From Candidatus Heimdallarchaeota archaeon (GTDB lineage Archaea > Asgardarchaeota > Wukongarchaeia > Wukongarchaeales > JBHIFL01), in the NCBI GenBank assembly GCA_046761065.1, contig JBHIFL010000029.1:1-47461 (forward strand): a stretch of 47,461 bases of DNA, written 5' to 3'. Made by a program: the position numbers and the translations under genes. The notes under the pieces are model-generated. The model saw nothing but the letters and a program-made list of their open reading frames with translations, was not told where the DNA came from and searched no databases. How positions within the stretch are numbered: the stretch's first letter is position 1; each line of letters begins with the position of its first letter. Below are positions 9,770-20,478 of the stretch, in pieces.

Positions 9770-11473
9770 CTATCCCTTCTGCGTTTCTTCTACATCTTGA
9801 GTGAGTATGCGTAAAATGATAAGGAATGAGAAACTCAATAGTATAAGAACCACACTAGCAAAGGCGGCCGCCGAAATTGCTTGGGATTCGACCCAAACCA
9901 CAATAAGAACTGGAATTGTTTGAGATACACCTTGTACAATGATAGTTGCCCCCGTCTCTGCCAAACTCCTCGTACCGGCCATAATACACGCTGCAATAAT
10001 CCCACGAGAGAGTAAGGGAATTGTTATGGTTCGAAATGTTGTAAAGACTGGTGCACCCAACGTTCGAGCAGCCTCCTCATATTCTGGCTTTACACTTTCC
10101 AAAATTGCGATTAATGGTCGAACCATATAAGGATACGTCATGCAGATATGAGCTGCTATAATCATCGCGATACCTGGCTTTAAAAGTCCTAGACCTGTTG
10201 ACCCCCAGAGATTGAACACAGCAAATCCTAGTGCTGATGAGGGGATAGCTAATGGAAGATCAATCAACGCATCAATGACCCCTTTAATAAGTCCCCACTG
10301 ACGTCGAACCATTATAAGGGCTAATGGGATACCAAATACTAGGGAAATCCCAACAACAATGACCATCACTGTTAAACTAGTAAGAAGGCTATAGAAAAGT
10401 GCTCCAAACTTCTTATCTGGGGATTCAAAAATTTGGAAAATAACCCCTGCTTGGCGCCGATAAGGGGGATATGGGCTCCCATCCCAGTATTGTGCCACAC
10501 GGAAAAAAGTGAAAAGTGACGGTGCAAAGACAATCAATATAAAACAGACAAAAACAATGAGATTTCTAGCATATCTTGAAGCAGAGGAGCTTAACAACCG
10601 TTCATAACTGGGATAAACCGTGTTAATAGGTAAACCGACCCGACGAGCAAGAACCCTTATGATCACAAGTAGGAAAATTGCCACAACAGCTAGAATCATG
10701 GATAAAAAGGCAGCAGCTGGAATACGAAGAGTCCTCACCCAAGCGACAACCGCAATCGGTGCAGTTTCAAAAGTACCGCTCACCAGTAATGTAGCTCCTG
10801 TTTCACCAAGTGAGCGGCTAAATGCTAAAATTGCTCCCGCAATAAGCCCCTCTTTAAACAGAGGGGCAGTGATTGTGCGAAAAACAGTAAACTGTGGGGC
10901 ACCCAAGGTACGAGCGGCTAGTTCTATTTCTAGATCGACATCTTGAATAACAGCCTTCAAACTTCGGACGATATAGGGGTAAGTAAAGACCACATGCGCC
11001 ATAATGATAAGGATTGGGCCATAAGAGAGTAACCCCTTATCCAATCCAAGCAAATTGGCTAATCCATCCGGGGATCCCCAGAAAAGATAGACTGAGAACC
11101 CGAGCGCAGATGTTGGAACCGCCATGGGGATATCTACAAAACTATCAAGAATCTCTTTCCCTCGGAAATCATATCTGGCCAAGATCAAGGCCATGGGTAA
11201 GCCGATTATGATATCAATTATCATAACTACAAAAGCTATCTGAAAAGAGTGTTTTAGCGCAGTCAATGTTATTTGCCATGCTTGATTTCCTAATATTTTA
11301 TCATTGAATACAAACTTTGTGACAGTCTCCCAGTTCAAAAAGACAGTCGCAAATAACCCAAAGATTGGAGCTAGAATAAATCCAAAAAAGAATAGGATTG
11401 TAACGGTGTCCGCCGCCTTTGAAAAGGGTTTTGTAGAGATTCTTTGTTCCAGCTTGTAGAGGATCTGACTCAT
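9770..11473 (-). CDS. ABC permease with two fused TM domains (ModB/CysTW/FbpB-like)
   Basis: Two repeats, each with D(I/L)PxAxP, an EAA loop (ELAARTLGA; EEAARTLGA) and RSL(G/A)ETGAT. Confidence 0.92.
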   Translation of the reverse strand: MSQILYKLEQRISTKPFSKAADTVTILFFFGFILAPIFGLFATVFLNWETVTKFVFNDKILGNQAWQITLTALKHSFQIAFVVMIIDIIIGLPMALILARYDFRGKEILDSFVDIPMAVPTSALGFSVYLFWGSPDGLANLLGLDKGLLSYGPILIIMAHVVFTYPYIVRSLKAVIQDVDLEIELAARTLGAPQFTVFRTITAPLFKEGLIAGAILAFSRSLGETGATLLVSGTFETAPIAVVAWVRTLRIPAAAFLSMILAVVAIFLLVIIRVLARRVGLPINTVYPSYERLLSSSASRYARNLIVFVCFILIVFAPSLFTFFRVAQYWDGSPYPPYRRQAGVIFQIFESPDKKFGALFYSLLTSLTVMVIVVGISLVFGIPLALIMVRRQWGLIKGVIDALIDLPLAIPSSALGFAVFNLWGSTGLGLLKPGIAMIIAAHICMTYPYMVRPLIAILESVKPEYEEAARTLGAPVFTTFRTITIPLLSRGIIAACIMAGTRSLAETGATIIVQGVSQTIPVLIVVWVESQAISAAAFASVVLILLSFSFLIILRILTQDVEETQKG

Positions 11474-11490
11474 TAGCTACACCTAAATTT

Positions 11491-12693
11491 TCAGTCACTT
11501 CGTCTTGTAATAAGCCAAACATCCGGAATCCTCCACAGAACCACAGCATCAACGTTTCTGAAATCATGAATAGGGACACCAATATTCATCTGAACGCCAT
11601 TGTCGGGATTGAATATACTCGGATCCGGTGGGATTTCTGGATTGGCGGGCCTGAATCCTGAAGCCATTGCTTTTTGTTGAATTTCTGGGGAAAGAAGAAA
11701 TGCTAAAAATTCCTCGGCAGCGTCTTTTTGCTCTTGACTAACCCATTCACCTTGTAAAATTGCATACGGATGGTCATTCATAATGGAACCTTCTACGGGA
11801 TAGACTGCCTCGAGTTGCTCCCCCCACCGGTCTTTATCTACACTGTAAAGGTTACTATCGATAATAAGGTTTTCATAAATAACAAAGGCATTAAGAGCTT
11901 GCGGGCCTTCACTCACAGCTTTTTCTGCCAGGAAACCCGTAGATGTTCCGTAGAATACCGCATGACTCTCTAATTCAGTCAACCATTTTATCATTGCCTT
12001 GTTTGTCAAATCGGATTCAGTGAGTTGGTCCGGAGTCTTACCAAGCGCGGAAGAAACCTCAAGAACTACTGAAAGAAATCCTGAATTGGAGAGTTGTGGA
12101 TCTGTATGGGCATACTTCAATTCACTATCCGGTTGCGTTGCAAGTTCATGTAAGCTAACAAATCCGGTAATATTATTTTCATGTTTAAAGTTGGACCACG
12201 TCCCGATCACAATCGGAGAAAGGACTAGTGGAGAGGCATTTTCTACTAAAATAAAGCCTTTTTCGGCGTCTTTTGGGTGCTGTTCATTCCACAGGAAATT
12301 CATGAGCGGGATCCAGAGCGAGGACGCAGGGGACCACACCGTTGGGGTAACTGTTTCGCGAACTATTTGAAGCATAGACTCTCGTGAGCCAAGGGGTGTG
12401 AAATCTAATCGTAAACTTGTTTCAGGATGGTTTTGAGTCCACCTTTCTTCAAAGAGGGGAGTCACCTCTTCTATCCACGCTCGCTTTTCAGAGCCATAAA
12501 CCATGAGCAATTCAATATCCTTCTTTGGTGACCGTAAGAACAGGTGATAAGAAGTTACAAGGCTCAGTATAAGAACAAATCCTACGATAAGTCGGATAGT
12601 ATTTCGAGGTTTTTTCCTAGGTGGGAAAGGACACAAATCTTTAGCGCTCCTCTTTATGGAAAGTTGCTTCATCCCAGATATTGATGATCTCAA
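11491..12693 (-). CDS. Membrane-anchored substrate-binding protein (SBP_bac_11-like, type usually fused to vWA)
   Basis: N-terminal TM anchor; motifs YGSEK, VWSPASS, SPIVI, HTDPQLSNSG, YPVEG..DHPY, GFRP; GGAGG before TTG. Confidence 0.8.
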   Translation of the reverse strand: MRSSISGMKQLSIKRSAKDLCPFPPRKKPRNTIRLIVGFVLILSLVTSYHLFLRSPKKDIELLMVYGSEKRAWIEEVTPLFEERWTQNHPETSLRLDFTPLGSRESMLQIVRETVTPTVWSPASSLWIPLMNFLWNEQHPKDAEKGFILVENASPLVLSPIVIGTWSNFKHENNITGFVSLHELATQPDSELKYAHTDPQLSNSGFLSVVLEVSSALGKTPDQLTESDLTNKAMIKWLTELESHAVFYGTSTGFLAEKAVSEGPQALNAFVIYENLIIDSNLYSVDKDRWGEQLEAVYPVEGSIMNDHPYAILQGEWVSQEQKDAAEEFLAFLLSPEIQQKAMASGFRPANPEIPPDPSIFNPDNGVQMNIGVPIHDFRNVDAVVLWRIPDVWLITRRSD

Positions 12694-12777
12694 AGATTTC
12701 CCTCCGTTCGTTGGATTTTGACTTCTATTATACTTTTTCCTTCATTTGTATATGGGTCTAAAATTCTGGGAATTACC

Positions 12778-12793
12778 TTTATAAACGTTTTCT
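12778..12793 (-). promoter_or_regulatory. Candidate BRE-TATA promoter for the ABC operon
   Basis: Minus strand agaaaacg-TTTATAAA about 85 nt upstream of the SBP start. Confidence 0.35.
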
Positions 12794-13096
12794 TGCTTGT
12801 TCTGGGTTTTAACAGGTGAATAAAGAATATTCTTGAAGTTTTCTGACGGGTCTATCAAAACAGTTAAAAAAGAAAAAATATATAAATTACATATATTATG
12901 TAGATTTCAACACATCAGATAGCTTCTTCCGTTAAATTTTGCGCTTATTAATTAACTTATCCTGGTATTCTAGGGTTGTCAATACCTTATTGCGTATAGT
13001 TGAGAGTTACCAGTCCGAAGAGAACAATGAATCTCACATAACTAAGTGTAACAGATTTTTCCACTTGAAATATACCTCCCCAAAAAATTTGATAAA

Positions 13097-13789
13097 GTGC
13101 AAAAAATGAGTACGCGATTGCAACGATGGTTTGAAAAGCGGCGAACACACAAAGCCATTGAATTACTTCAGGAACATGCTCGAATCACGTTACAAGCGGC
13201 AGAAGAATTTCAACAATCCTTGTACCTTGCTCGTGAAGAAATCAACAAAGAAGAGATAAATCAAAGCTATCGCAGAGTTACTCAGATTGAAAAGGAGGGT
13301 GATACTCTTCGGCGAAGAATATTAAGAGAACTCACACAAGGAGTGTTGCCACCTCTCGATCGAGAAGAATTAGCGCGGCTAGCAAGGCGAATGGATGACA
13401 TTACGGATTTAATTCATGGTTCCAGTCGCATTCTCCGCACAATTCTCGCCTGGTTTCTTGACATTCCCCAAGATATTCGGGAAATCGCCTATGCAATGAG
13501 TCGAACCGTGGTCAAATGCATGTTTAATGTCAAACGGTGTCTTGATGCCTTATCAGATGGTAATATTCATACTGCAATCGCACGCGCAGAAGACGTGGAA
13601 CGAATTGAAGAACATTTAGATGATCAATATAATGAGGCTCGATCATTACTATTGACGATCCCTAATAATACGCTTAATGCAAGTCTGATCTTACTTCTAA
13701 GCCAATTTCTCGAGAACCTTGAAAATACGGCAGATAGATGTGAAGATGCAACGGACCAGATCCGGGTTCTTGCAGTCTCCGCATTCTAG
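13097..13789 (+). CDS. DUF47 / PhoU-like phosphate transport regulator
   Basis: EKEGD..RR, PLDREE, MDDITD, EEHLD, ENTADRCEDATD. Confidence 0.88.
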   Translation: MQKMSTRLQRWFEKRRTHKAIELLQEHARITLQAAEEFQQSLYLAREEINKEEINQSYRRVTQIEKEGDTLRRRILRELTQGVLPPLDREELARLARRMDDITDLIHGSSRILRTILAWFLDIPQDIREIAYAMSRTVVKCMFNVKRCLDALSDGNIHTAIARAEDVERIEEHLDDQYNEARSLLLTIPNNTLNASLILLLSQFLENLENTADRCEDATDQIRVLAVSAF

Positions 13790-13976
13790 AAGGTTTTTAG
13801 TTATTTTACCTTTTCTAGGGTTATTTTGGCAAAATTAGGGAATAGTCCCTTAACTCTCGCCCTGCTAATTTATTGATTTACTAAGTTAATGGAAGAGCCC
13901 TCGAGGAGAAAGAAATATATGCCCTTAGTTGTCCTTATAGTTGAAAACAGTGGATATTTCATATGGACGTGAAAGT

Positions 13977-14414
13977 ATGGCAGATCGACCTCTTGGGATT
14001 GCTATCTTGGCTATTTTGGGTTTAATTGGTGGAATCATACTCTTGCTGGCTGGTTTAGCAGTTATAGGCATCACAGGTATTGCATCCGTTGCATTTCTTT
14101 CCGATCCTAGTAGTATTCCAGTCCCCGCAGCGTTAATAACAGTACTTGGTACAATGATTGGTGTAGCGTTCTTAATAATTGCAATCATCCTTTTGCTCAT
14201 ATTCCGAGGACTTTGGATAGGTAGTAACTGGGCTCGTGTTCTTATGCTGATCTTTCTTGTTCTAGGAGTAATCAGTAGTCTCTGGACTATCGTGGAACTT
14301 GTTCAGGTTGCTATAGTACTTGATGAACTCACAAGTCCAATTATAACCCTTCTTATTGAACTTATCTTCATCTACTATCTGACCAGACCCCATGTCGTCG
14401 ATTTTTACACCTGA
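13977..14414 (+). CDS. Four-TM membrane protein of unknown function
   Basis: RPLGIAILAIL...GLW..NWAR...YYLTRPHV..FY pattern; track start 13941. Confidence 0.8.
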   Translation: MADRPLGIAILAILGLIGGIILLLAGLAVIGITGIASVAFLSDPSSIPVPAALITVLGTMIGVAFLIIAIILLLIFRGLWIGSNWARVLMLIFLVLGVISSLWTIVELVQVAIVLDELTSPIITLLIELIFIYYLTRPHVVDFYT

Positions 14415-14437
14415 AAGTGATTCCCAATCCCCCTTCC

Positions 14438-14444
14438 TTTTTTT
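14438..14444 (+). terminator. Candidate archaeal oligo-T terminator
   Basis: T7 run within a pyrimidine tract about 24 nt after the stop at 14414. Confidence 0.35.
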
Positions 14445-14659
14445 ATGAACCGCTTTTAAAAAGGCATTTTAATATAAATTGAGGAACTAAGACTACATAA
14501 ATAACTTCATTCGTGAATATATGCACTGAACGAGCTGATGAAGCTCTTATAACCCTTTTAAATAAACTGCATCACGATTGTAGCCGAAAAAAGATTTAAA
14601 ATCTTTTTTATGTCGAATATTCATGAATAGGCCATTGAAACGCCCAACGGACATGTATA

Positions 14660-15109
14660 TTATTCAAGTGTCAAGGAAATTCCTACAGAGATGTTTTTGA
14701 ACATTCTTGGACGTTTCACGAATTCAACCAAGAGGTGTAAGTTGTCAACACTTTCTCGAACCATGTTCACATACTCTTCTGGGCAGATTCCAACTAAGAT
14801 CCCTGTTTCTTCTGGCTCATTTCGTGTAATAAGCCAACCCAGTGTCAATTCCTCCTTGCTGGCACACAGGATCGCAATGAAGGTCCCTACATTTTCATTT
14901 TCATCGGGGTTCACTACCTTCTCGATTGAAAAGGTCTCTTCTAGTTCTATTTGTTTAGCTCGCAATTTTTGATAGAAGGTTTCAAACCATTCTTCAGTGA
15001 CCTCATAGTAGTCTCCAGAAATCGCTTGTACATCAGAAAATTCTAGAATATATTTTGGGGCTTCAGGTTCCGTCGGGGTTGAAGCAGTAACTTTCCATTT
15101 CCTTGACAT
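14660..15109 (-). CDS. Acidic hypothetical protein
   Basis: About 149-aa ORF co-oriented downstream of ade; no recognised motif; track start 15124. Confidence 0.65.
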   Translation of the reverse strand: MSRKWKVTASTPTEPEAPKYILEFSDVQAISGDYYEVTEEWFETFYQKLRAKQIELEETFSIEKVVNPDENENVGTFIAILCASKEELTLGWLITRNEPEETGILVGICPEEYVNMVRESVDNLHLLVEFVKRPRMFKNISVGISLTLE

Positions 15110-15233
15110 TGACAAAAGTATCAAGCCTTGTGCTTTTTTGGCGTTTGTACATTATCTCATTCTTCATAAAAGTTCGTGTTTGCGACTTTTTATTTATATA
15201 ATACACTCTCTCTGGCACTTTGAAGGAACATCT

Positions 15234-17015
15234 CTACGTGAATAGAGGTACCAGTTCGAACTTATTAACATCCACTAATCCCTTGTCCGTGATCTTGAGT
15301 TCTGGAGCCACCGGAAGGGAAAGAAATCCTAGGGTCAAGAAGGGATGCTCCAATTCGGTTCCCATTGCTTTCACGAGCTTGTGCAGTTGATCCAACTTAT
15401 CGTTTAATTTATGGACGGGCTGTTCGGTCATCAATCCAGCAATTTGCAAGGGTAAATAGACTTCTATTTGATTTTTCCGAGCTATGGCAATTCCTCCTTG
15501 CATTTTAACCACTTGTTGAGCCGCTAGTACCATCTCTTTTCGTGTTGTACCGACTACTACGAGATTATGAGCATCATGTGCAATAGTACTAGCAATCGCA
15601 CCTTCATTCAATCCAAATCCCCTCACGAATCCCGTTCCTATATTGCCAGTGGCTTTATGCCGCTCTAGAACACTTATTTGCAAAATATCTTCTGTTAAGT
15701 CCGGTTGTATAAGCCCATTAGAGACCTGAAGTTTCGTCGTAAACGCTTCCGTAAGAATGCTCCCGTCATTTGCTTTAATCACACGTACTTGTACTTTATT
15801 TTCTTCCCATTCTGCAGGTGCATGAATCTCGAAGTCGGCAAGTGTAGGTGGATGCGCTAAATGGACTGTTTTGGTCACAGAAGCAGGGAAGTTGTAATGC
15901 TTTGGTTTGAAAAGTGTTTTCCCCGCAACCGCTACCAAATTTCCATCTGCAATAACCGTATCAATTGTTAAGTCCTCTAACTTGCTGAGTAGCACGATAT
16001 CGGCTATTTTACCGGGAGTAATTGAGCCCAGATCGTCTTGTAGCCTATAGTGGGTGGCTGGATTAATTGTGACGAGTTCAATGGTTGAAACCGGATCAAG
16101 CCCCTCCTGTATTGCAATCCGCATTGCATGATCAAGGTGGCCCTCCTTTAACAAATTACCAGGGAGCCGATCATCACAAACAATCATACAGTTTCTTAAG
16201 TTAAGTCCGGCTTCAAGGATCGGTTTCAACAACTCCCGTAGATTCTTTGTGAGGCTCCCTTCTCGTAACATCAACTTCATCCCTTTGCGGAGTTTTTCCA
16301 GTCCTTCTACCCCCTCTACTGATTCGTGATCCGACGAAATACCACTTACAAGGTATGCATCCAATTTTTCTATCTGTAATCCGGGTGCATGGCCTTCTAT
16401 CGGCTTTCTGGCATCATGGGTAGCTTGAATTTTCTTCAAAACCTCTTCTGATCGTGACAGAACTCCTGGAAAGTTCATCATTTCTCCTAGGGCTATTACT
16501 TCTGGAATAGATTGGATCATTTTTTCAATTTCCTTTGCACCGAGTTCTGCTCCACTTGTTTCAAGACCTGGGGCAGCCGGGACACACGAAGGTATCGCGA
16601 CCAGCAGCTTTAATGGAAGTTGGGCAGCTGCTAAAAGAAGGGTCTCAATTCCTAATAGGCCAAGGACATTTGCTATCTCATGGGGATCAATAATTGCAGT
16701 GGTTGTTCCATGGGGGAGAACAGCTTGCGCAAATTGTGAAGGCGTAACCATGCTACTTTCCAAGTGAATGTGACTTTCGATAAATCCAGGTGCTGCAAAT
16801 AGGTTTTTACCGTCCAATACACGCGTTTTTTCTGCTATAATATCTGATGCATCCCCAATCCGCACAATTCGACTTTGTTTAATTGCAATATCCTCTGGTT
16901 CAAAGATTATTTCATGCGTACAAACATTGATTTGCGCCACATCTTTAATTACAAGGTCTGCAGGAAGTTCCCCGAGCGCGCACGCAATTATCGTAGTATA
17001 ATCTCGTTCAAACAT
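15234..17015 (-). CDS. ade: Adenine deaminase
   Basis: PGFIESHIHLESS, DPHEIANV, PSCVPA, GEMMNFPGV, SDHE, AHDAHN, PELKITDKG. Confidence 0.95.
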   Translation of the reverse strand: MFERDYTTIIACALGELPADLVIKDVAQINVCTHEIIFEPEDIAIKQSRIVRIGDASDIIAEKTRVLDGKNLFAAPGFIESHIHLESSMVTPSQFAQAVLPHGTTTAIIDPHEIANVLGLLGIETLLLAAAQLPLKLLVAIPSCVPAAPGLETSGAELGAKEIEKMIQSIPEVIALGEMMNFPGVLSRSEEVLKKIQATHDARKPIEGHAPGLQIEKLDAYLVSGISSDHESVEGVEGLEKLRKGMKLMLREGSLTKNLRELLKPILEAGLNLRNCMIVCDDRLPGNLLKEGHLDHAMRIAIQEGLDPVSTIELVTINPATHYRLQDDLGSITPGKIADIVLLSKLEDLTIDTVIADGNLVAVAGKTLFKPKHYNFPASVTKTVHLAHPPTLADFEIHAPAEWEENKVQVRVIKANDGSILTEAFTTKLQVSNGLIQPDLTEDILQISVLERHKATGNIGTGFVRGFGLNEGAIASTIAHDAHNLVVVGTTRKEMVLAAQQVVKMQGGIAIARKNQIEVYLPLQIAGLMTEQPVHKLNDKLDQLHKLVKAMGTELEHPFLTLGFLSLPVAPELKITDKGLVDVNKFELVPLFT

Positions 17016-17141
17016 TACCTCACATCCTTCATCAGCTCAATGCTCCGGTAGCTACCTGAAGTTCTTATCTGTTTTTTAAGTGTCGATCGAAATCCTTTTT
17101 GCTTCTCAAATATTCATAGCAAAATAGTTGAGGCAAAAACT

Positions 17142-17936
17142 ATGATTTTAACGTCGTGGTTACGGAAGCTCGGTGGTTTGATTCTTGTTATAGCCTCCAT
17201 AGTGTTTTATCTACTCTTTGAAAAGACTCGGGTTGTTCTCCTTCCGCCTCTTGGTGTTGTCCTTTTTGTTGGGGGCTACTATCTCCTTTTGCAAGAATTT
17301 GAGCTTCTTGAACGCTATAAACATGTGATTACCCCACTTGCTGTTGGTCTTATTCTATTTGCTGCTTTATTGTCTGCAGGCCTTGACAAAATCATCCTTG
17401 AAACCTCCCTCGCTCGGTATATGATCTACCCTGCAACTTATATCCCCATCTGGATTCTGAACCTTTTTGGGGCGGGCTTTCACGCAGATATCCTTCCAAC
17501 CGATGAGGGTACAATCGTTGGGGTTGTCATTTTTCCTGCATCTTCTAAAACCCCCGGCGCCAGTGTGAACGAAGCCTGCAGTGGGATCCATTCCTTCCTC
17601 ATCTTTATGTGCACCTTCACCCTTGTAATGCTCTATCTGGGTTGGGACGCTCCCAAACGGAAATTAGCCATTAGTTTTTTCATCGGTCTAGCTGGAACCC
17701 TGACCAGCAATTGGGTCCGTCTTATCTTGGTTTATGTGGCAGGCTATTTCCTTGGAACGACCAGGATGCTTCAGGTGCATACCTATGCTGGTCTAGTAAT
17801 CTTTCTTCTTTGGATGGCTGCTTTCTGGAATTATGCCATTAACTATTTACTCCCTCCACGTGACACCTCGTCTTCTGACGAAGGACAAGAACAACCCCCT
17901 AAACCGCCTTACGAACGAGATGTTCCAACCTCTTGA
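17142..17936 (+). CDS. Exosortase/archaeosortase family transpeptidase
   Basis: Multi-TM protein with the Cys/Arg/His triad: EACSG, NWVR, VHTYAG. Confidence 0.88.
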   Translation: MILTSWLRKLGGLILVIASIVFYLLFEKTRVVLLPPLGVVLFVGGYYLLLQEFELLERYKHVITPLAVGLILFAALLSAGLDKIILETSLARYMIYPATYIPIWILNLFGAGFHADILPTDEGTIVGVVIFPASSKTPGASVNEACSGIHSFLIFMCTFTLVMLYLGWDAPKRKLAISFFIGLAGTLTSNWVRLILVYVAGYFLGTTRMLQVHTYAGLVIFLLWMAAFWNYAINYLLPPRDTSSSDEGQEQPPKPPYERDVPTS

Positions 17937-17978
17937 TGCCTGACGTCTGAATAAGAGTCTTCAACTATCAGTTTACGA

Positions 17979-18854
17979 CTAAAGCCACTTCACTTTGGGT
18001 TGGTTTCGGGGTATCATCTTCAAGTATTGGTGTTTCGGATACCCGATCATTAAACACCCCATTATTTTGCGAGATGTTGGAATTTCGAGGATTTTATTAA
18101 TACGTAATGTTTGATGTGCTGCTTCTATCACGAATCCCCCCCAACATACGCCTAGTCCCATTGCTTGCGCCAACCCTGTCATATTTGCGATTGCCAAAGC
18201 ACAATTTGCCGCATCCAATATATGTTTTCCAAGGGTGTGCAGAATAATTACTGCGGGGGCTCCTCGTAGAATGATATCGGATAAATGCTCTTTTATTTCC
18301 ATCCTACGCTTAAAAACATTGTAATATCGATCGTATGCTTGAATATTGCTATCACCATACTTAATCCTCGCTAATCTTCTGAAAAAGGGATTTCCCAAAC
18401 GTTTTAATCGGTTCCATAGCGTTAACAGTACCTCAGTTTCCAATTTTACCAGAATTTTCTTATCTTGAACTACCGTAAATGCGATATCCTGGCGATTTGA
18501 AGCAGTACCAGCGTGAATGGCTACTTCTAGCAGTTGTTCTAATACAATTCGAGGGACTGGCTTCGGTTTATAAGCGCGAATCGATCTCCTGCTCAGCATC
18601 AGTTTTCGTAACGCTTCAGCGGTAATTTTCACCGATTCAAGAGGCGTGAACAATTGTATTGGCAATCGATCGTGAAGTACGGCATTTTCAGGACAAATTG
18701 CTACACAATGCCCACAGAGAATACATAATTCCTGATATTCAATCTCAACTTGTTTGGCTTCTCCTTTAAGGGATTTCCATACGAAAATCTTTGAGGGACA
18801 GACATCCACACACTTTCGGCAAAGAATGCACTTCTTCTGGTCAATTCTTATCAT
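17979..18854 (-). CDS. Ferredoxin-nitroreductase fusion protein
   Basis: Two CxxCxxCxxxCP motifs, RRSIRAY, ASNRQ, GLGVCW, GYP. ATG 18854 removes the overlap with prs. Confidence 0.9.
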   Translation of the reverse strand: MIRIDQKKCILCRKCVDVCPSKIFVWKSLKGEAKQVEIEYQELCILCGHCVAICPENAVLHDRLPIQLFTPLESVKITAEALRKLMLSRRSIRAYKPKPVPRIVLEQLLEVAIHAGTASNRQDIAFTVVQDKKILVKLETEVLLTLWNRLKRLGNPFFRRLARIKYGDSNIQAYDRYYNVFKRRMEIKEHLSDIILRGAPAVIILHTLGKHILDAANCALAIANMTGLAQAMGLGVCWGGFVIEAAHQTLRINKILEIPTSRKIMGCLMIGYPKHQYLKMIPRNQPKVKWL

Positions 18855-19176
18855 AGATTGAGGCGGATTGAAAAAAAACCTGGAACCCGAACCTAGACCA
18901 ATCAAACTTTGTTCAACTCCCTTTCTCGAAATGGATCCAGCAGATCCAATATAAAGTTGAAGAATGTGGTATCCATGTGATTTTATAAGGCAAACGTCAT
19001 ACATCCAAGTGCTACTTCTTGAATCTGTAATCGTTACTGCATCTCCATTTATAGACTATAAAGGAATTAGGCACAAGATTCTTATAGTCCTGAATTTTTG
19101 GGATTCTGGCAGCTCTTATAATCTGATAAAACACGTGCTCAATTCCAACTTCTTTGTTGATGGAGGACTTAAAATC

Positions 19177-20073
19177 ATGCTTATTATTGGTGGATCTAGC
19201 TCTCAGGTATTGTCCCATGAACTTTCAAAGGAAATAAGGGCTCGAGAGATACTTTTAGACTATAAAAAGTTCCCTGATGGAGAAACGTATGTGCGGATTC
19301 CCGCTGACATGAATAGTGAGATTGTAGCTGTTGTTCAGTCGATGGCCCATCGACCTGATGAGTACTTGATGGAGTACTTTCTTCTAGTTAGGACGCTTAG
19401 GGATCTTGGAGCCAAAAAGATAATTGGAATAATACCGTACTTTGCTTATGCCCGGCAAGATGCTCGATTCAGAGCAGGAGAAGCAATAAGTCTCTATATC
19501 ATACGAGATTTACTGGAATATGTTGGGACGGATATATTGATCACGCTAGATCTTCATTTGCATAGAGAGGGTAATCTCAATGAACTTTTCAACATCCCAG
19601 TAGTGAATCTCACGGCAATGGAAGCTTTGGCAGAATATGTGGCCACGCATTTTCAATTTAAGACCCCTGTTGTAATTGCACCAGACGAAGAAGCCGAAAA
19701 ATGGGCGCAAGTCGCTGCGAACGTATTCGGGGGTGTTTCTTTTGATGTGCTCACAAAAAAACGGGACGTGAGAACCGGAGAGATAGAAATCGCTCCAAAA
19801 AAATTAACTGTAAAGGGGAAAGATGTGTTAATTGTAGATGATATTATCAGCACAGGGGGAACAATGGAAACCGCAGTGAAGATGATTCAAGCTCAAGGAG
19901 CTAAGAGGATAGTGGCAGCATGTACACATCCTCTTCTCATTGGGGGTGCGTACACCAACATCCTTCGCGCAGGCGCCGAAGCGCTTATTAGTACAAATTC
20001 CATTGAAAGTCCTGTAAGTGTGGTTTCAATCGCTCCAATCCTTGCTAAAGCGATTTCTGATTTATCGGAATAA
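19177..20073 (+). CDS. prs: Ribose-phosphate pyrophosphokinase
   Basis: FPDGETYVR, PYFAYARQD, DLH, VDDIISTGGT; GGAGG before ATG 19177. Confidence 0.95.
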   Translation: MLIIGGSSSQVLSHELSKEIRAREILLDYKKFPDGETYVRIPADMNSEIVAVVQSMAHRPDEYLMEYFLLVRTLRDLGAKKIIGIIPYFAYARQDARFRAGEAISLYIIRDLLEYVGTDILITLDLHLHREGNLNELFNIPVVNLTAMEALAEYVATHFQFKTPVVIAPDEEAEKWAQVAANVFGGVSFDVLTKKRDVRTGEIEIAPKKLTVKGKDVLIVDDIISTGGTMETAVKMIQAQGAKRIVAACTHPLLIGGAYTNILRAGAEALISTNSIESPVSVVSIAPILAKAISDLSE

Positions 20074-20478
20074 TCAGATCATCATATTGGTTCTTGAGAC
20101 CCCAGTGATTAGATTATGAGAGCTGCTATGAGTTTAACCCGTTCTTCGGTTATAAGAACCTTTGAAAAATCGTAGAATTTTTTTCTGGGTATTACCCTAT
20201 TCCATTCTCATCAAACGAGATAAAGAGGGGCTATTAATTTTTTAGAGTAATTGGTTTTATGCATTGGAAATAGGGCGTAAAGTTAGTCGAAAAATGCCTA
20301 CATCATAATGTCATTTGTATTTAAAAGATACTCGTAACTTTGCAGCATGACGGAAGCTAGATTCTAAAAAGTACTATGCTAAAATCTTCTACTTTTTTTC
20401 TACTAAATTGATAAGAAGTTAATTCTTGACGATAATGAAAGGTAAAATTTTGGGACAAAATCTGATAACTAAAGGAGA

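Noticed and set aside
13059-13071. TTCCACTTGAAAT resembling a mini-ORB origin box
   Set aside because: Single copy, no convincing repeats and no cdc6/orc1 in the window.
18855-19176. Overlapping N-terminal extensions of the nitroreductase and prs ORFs
   Set aside because: Domain homology starts at ATG 18854 and ATG 19177 (GGAGG upstream); the interval is a divergent promoter region.
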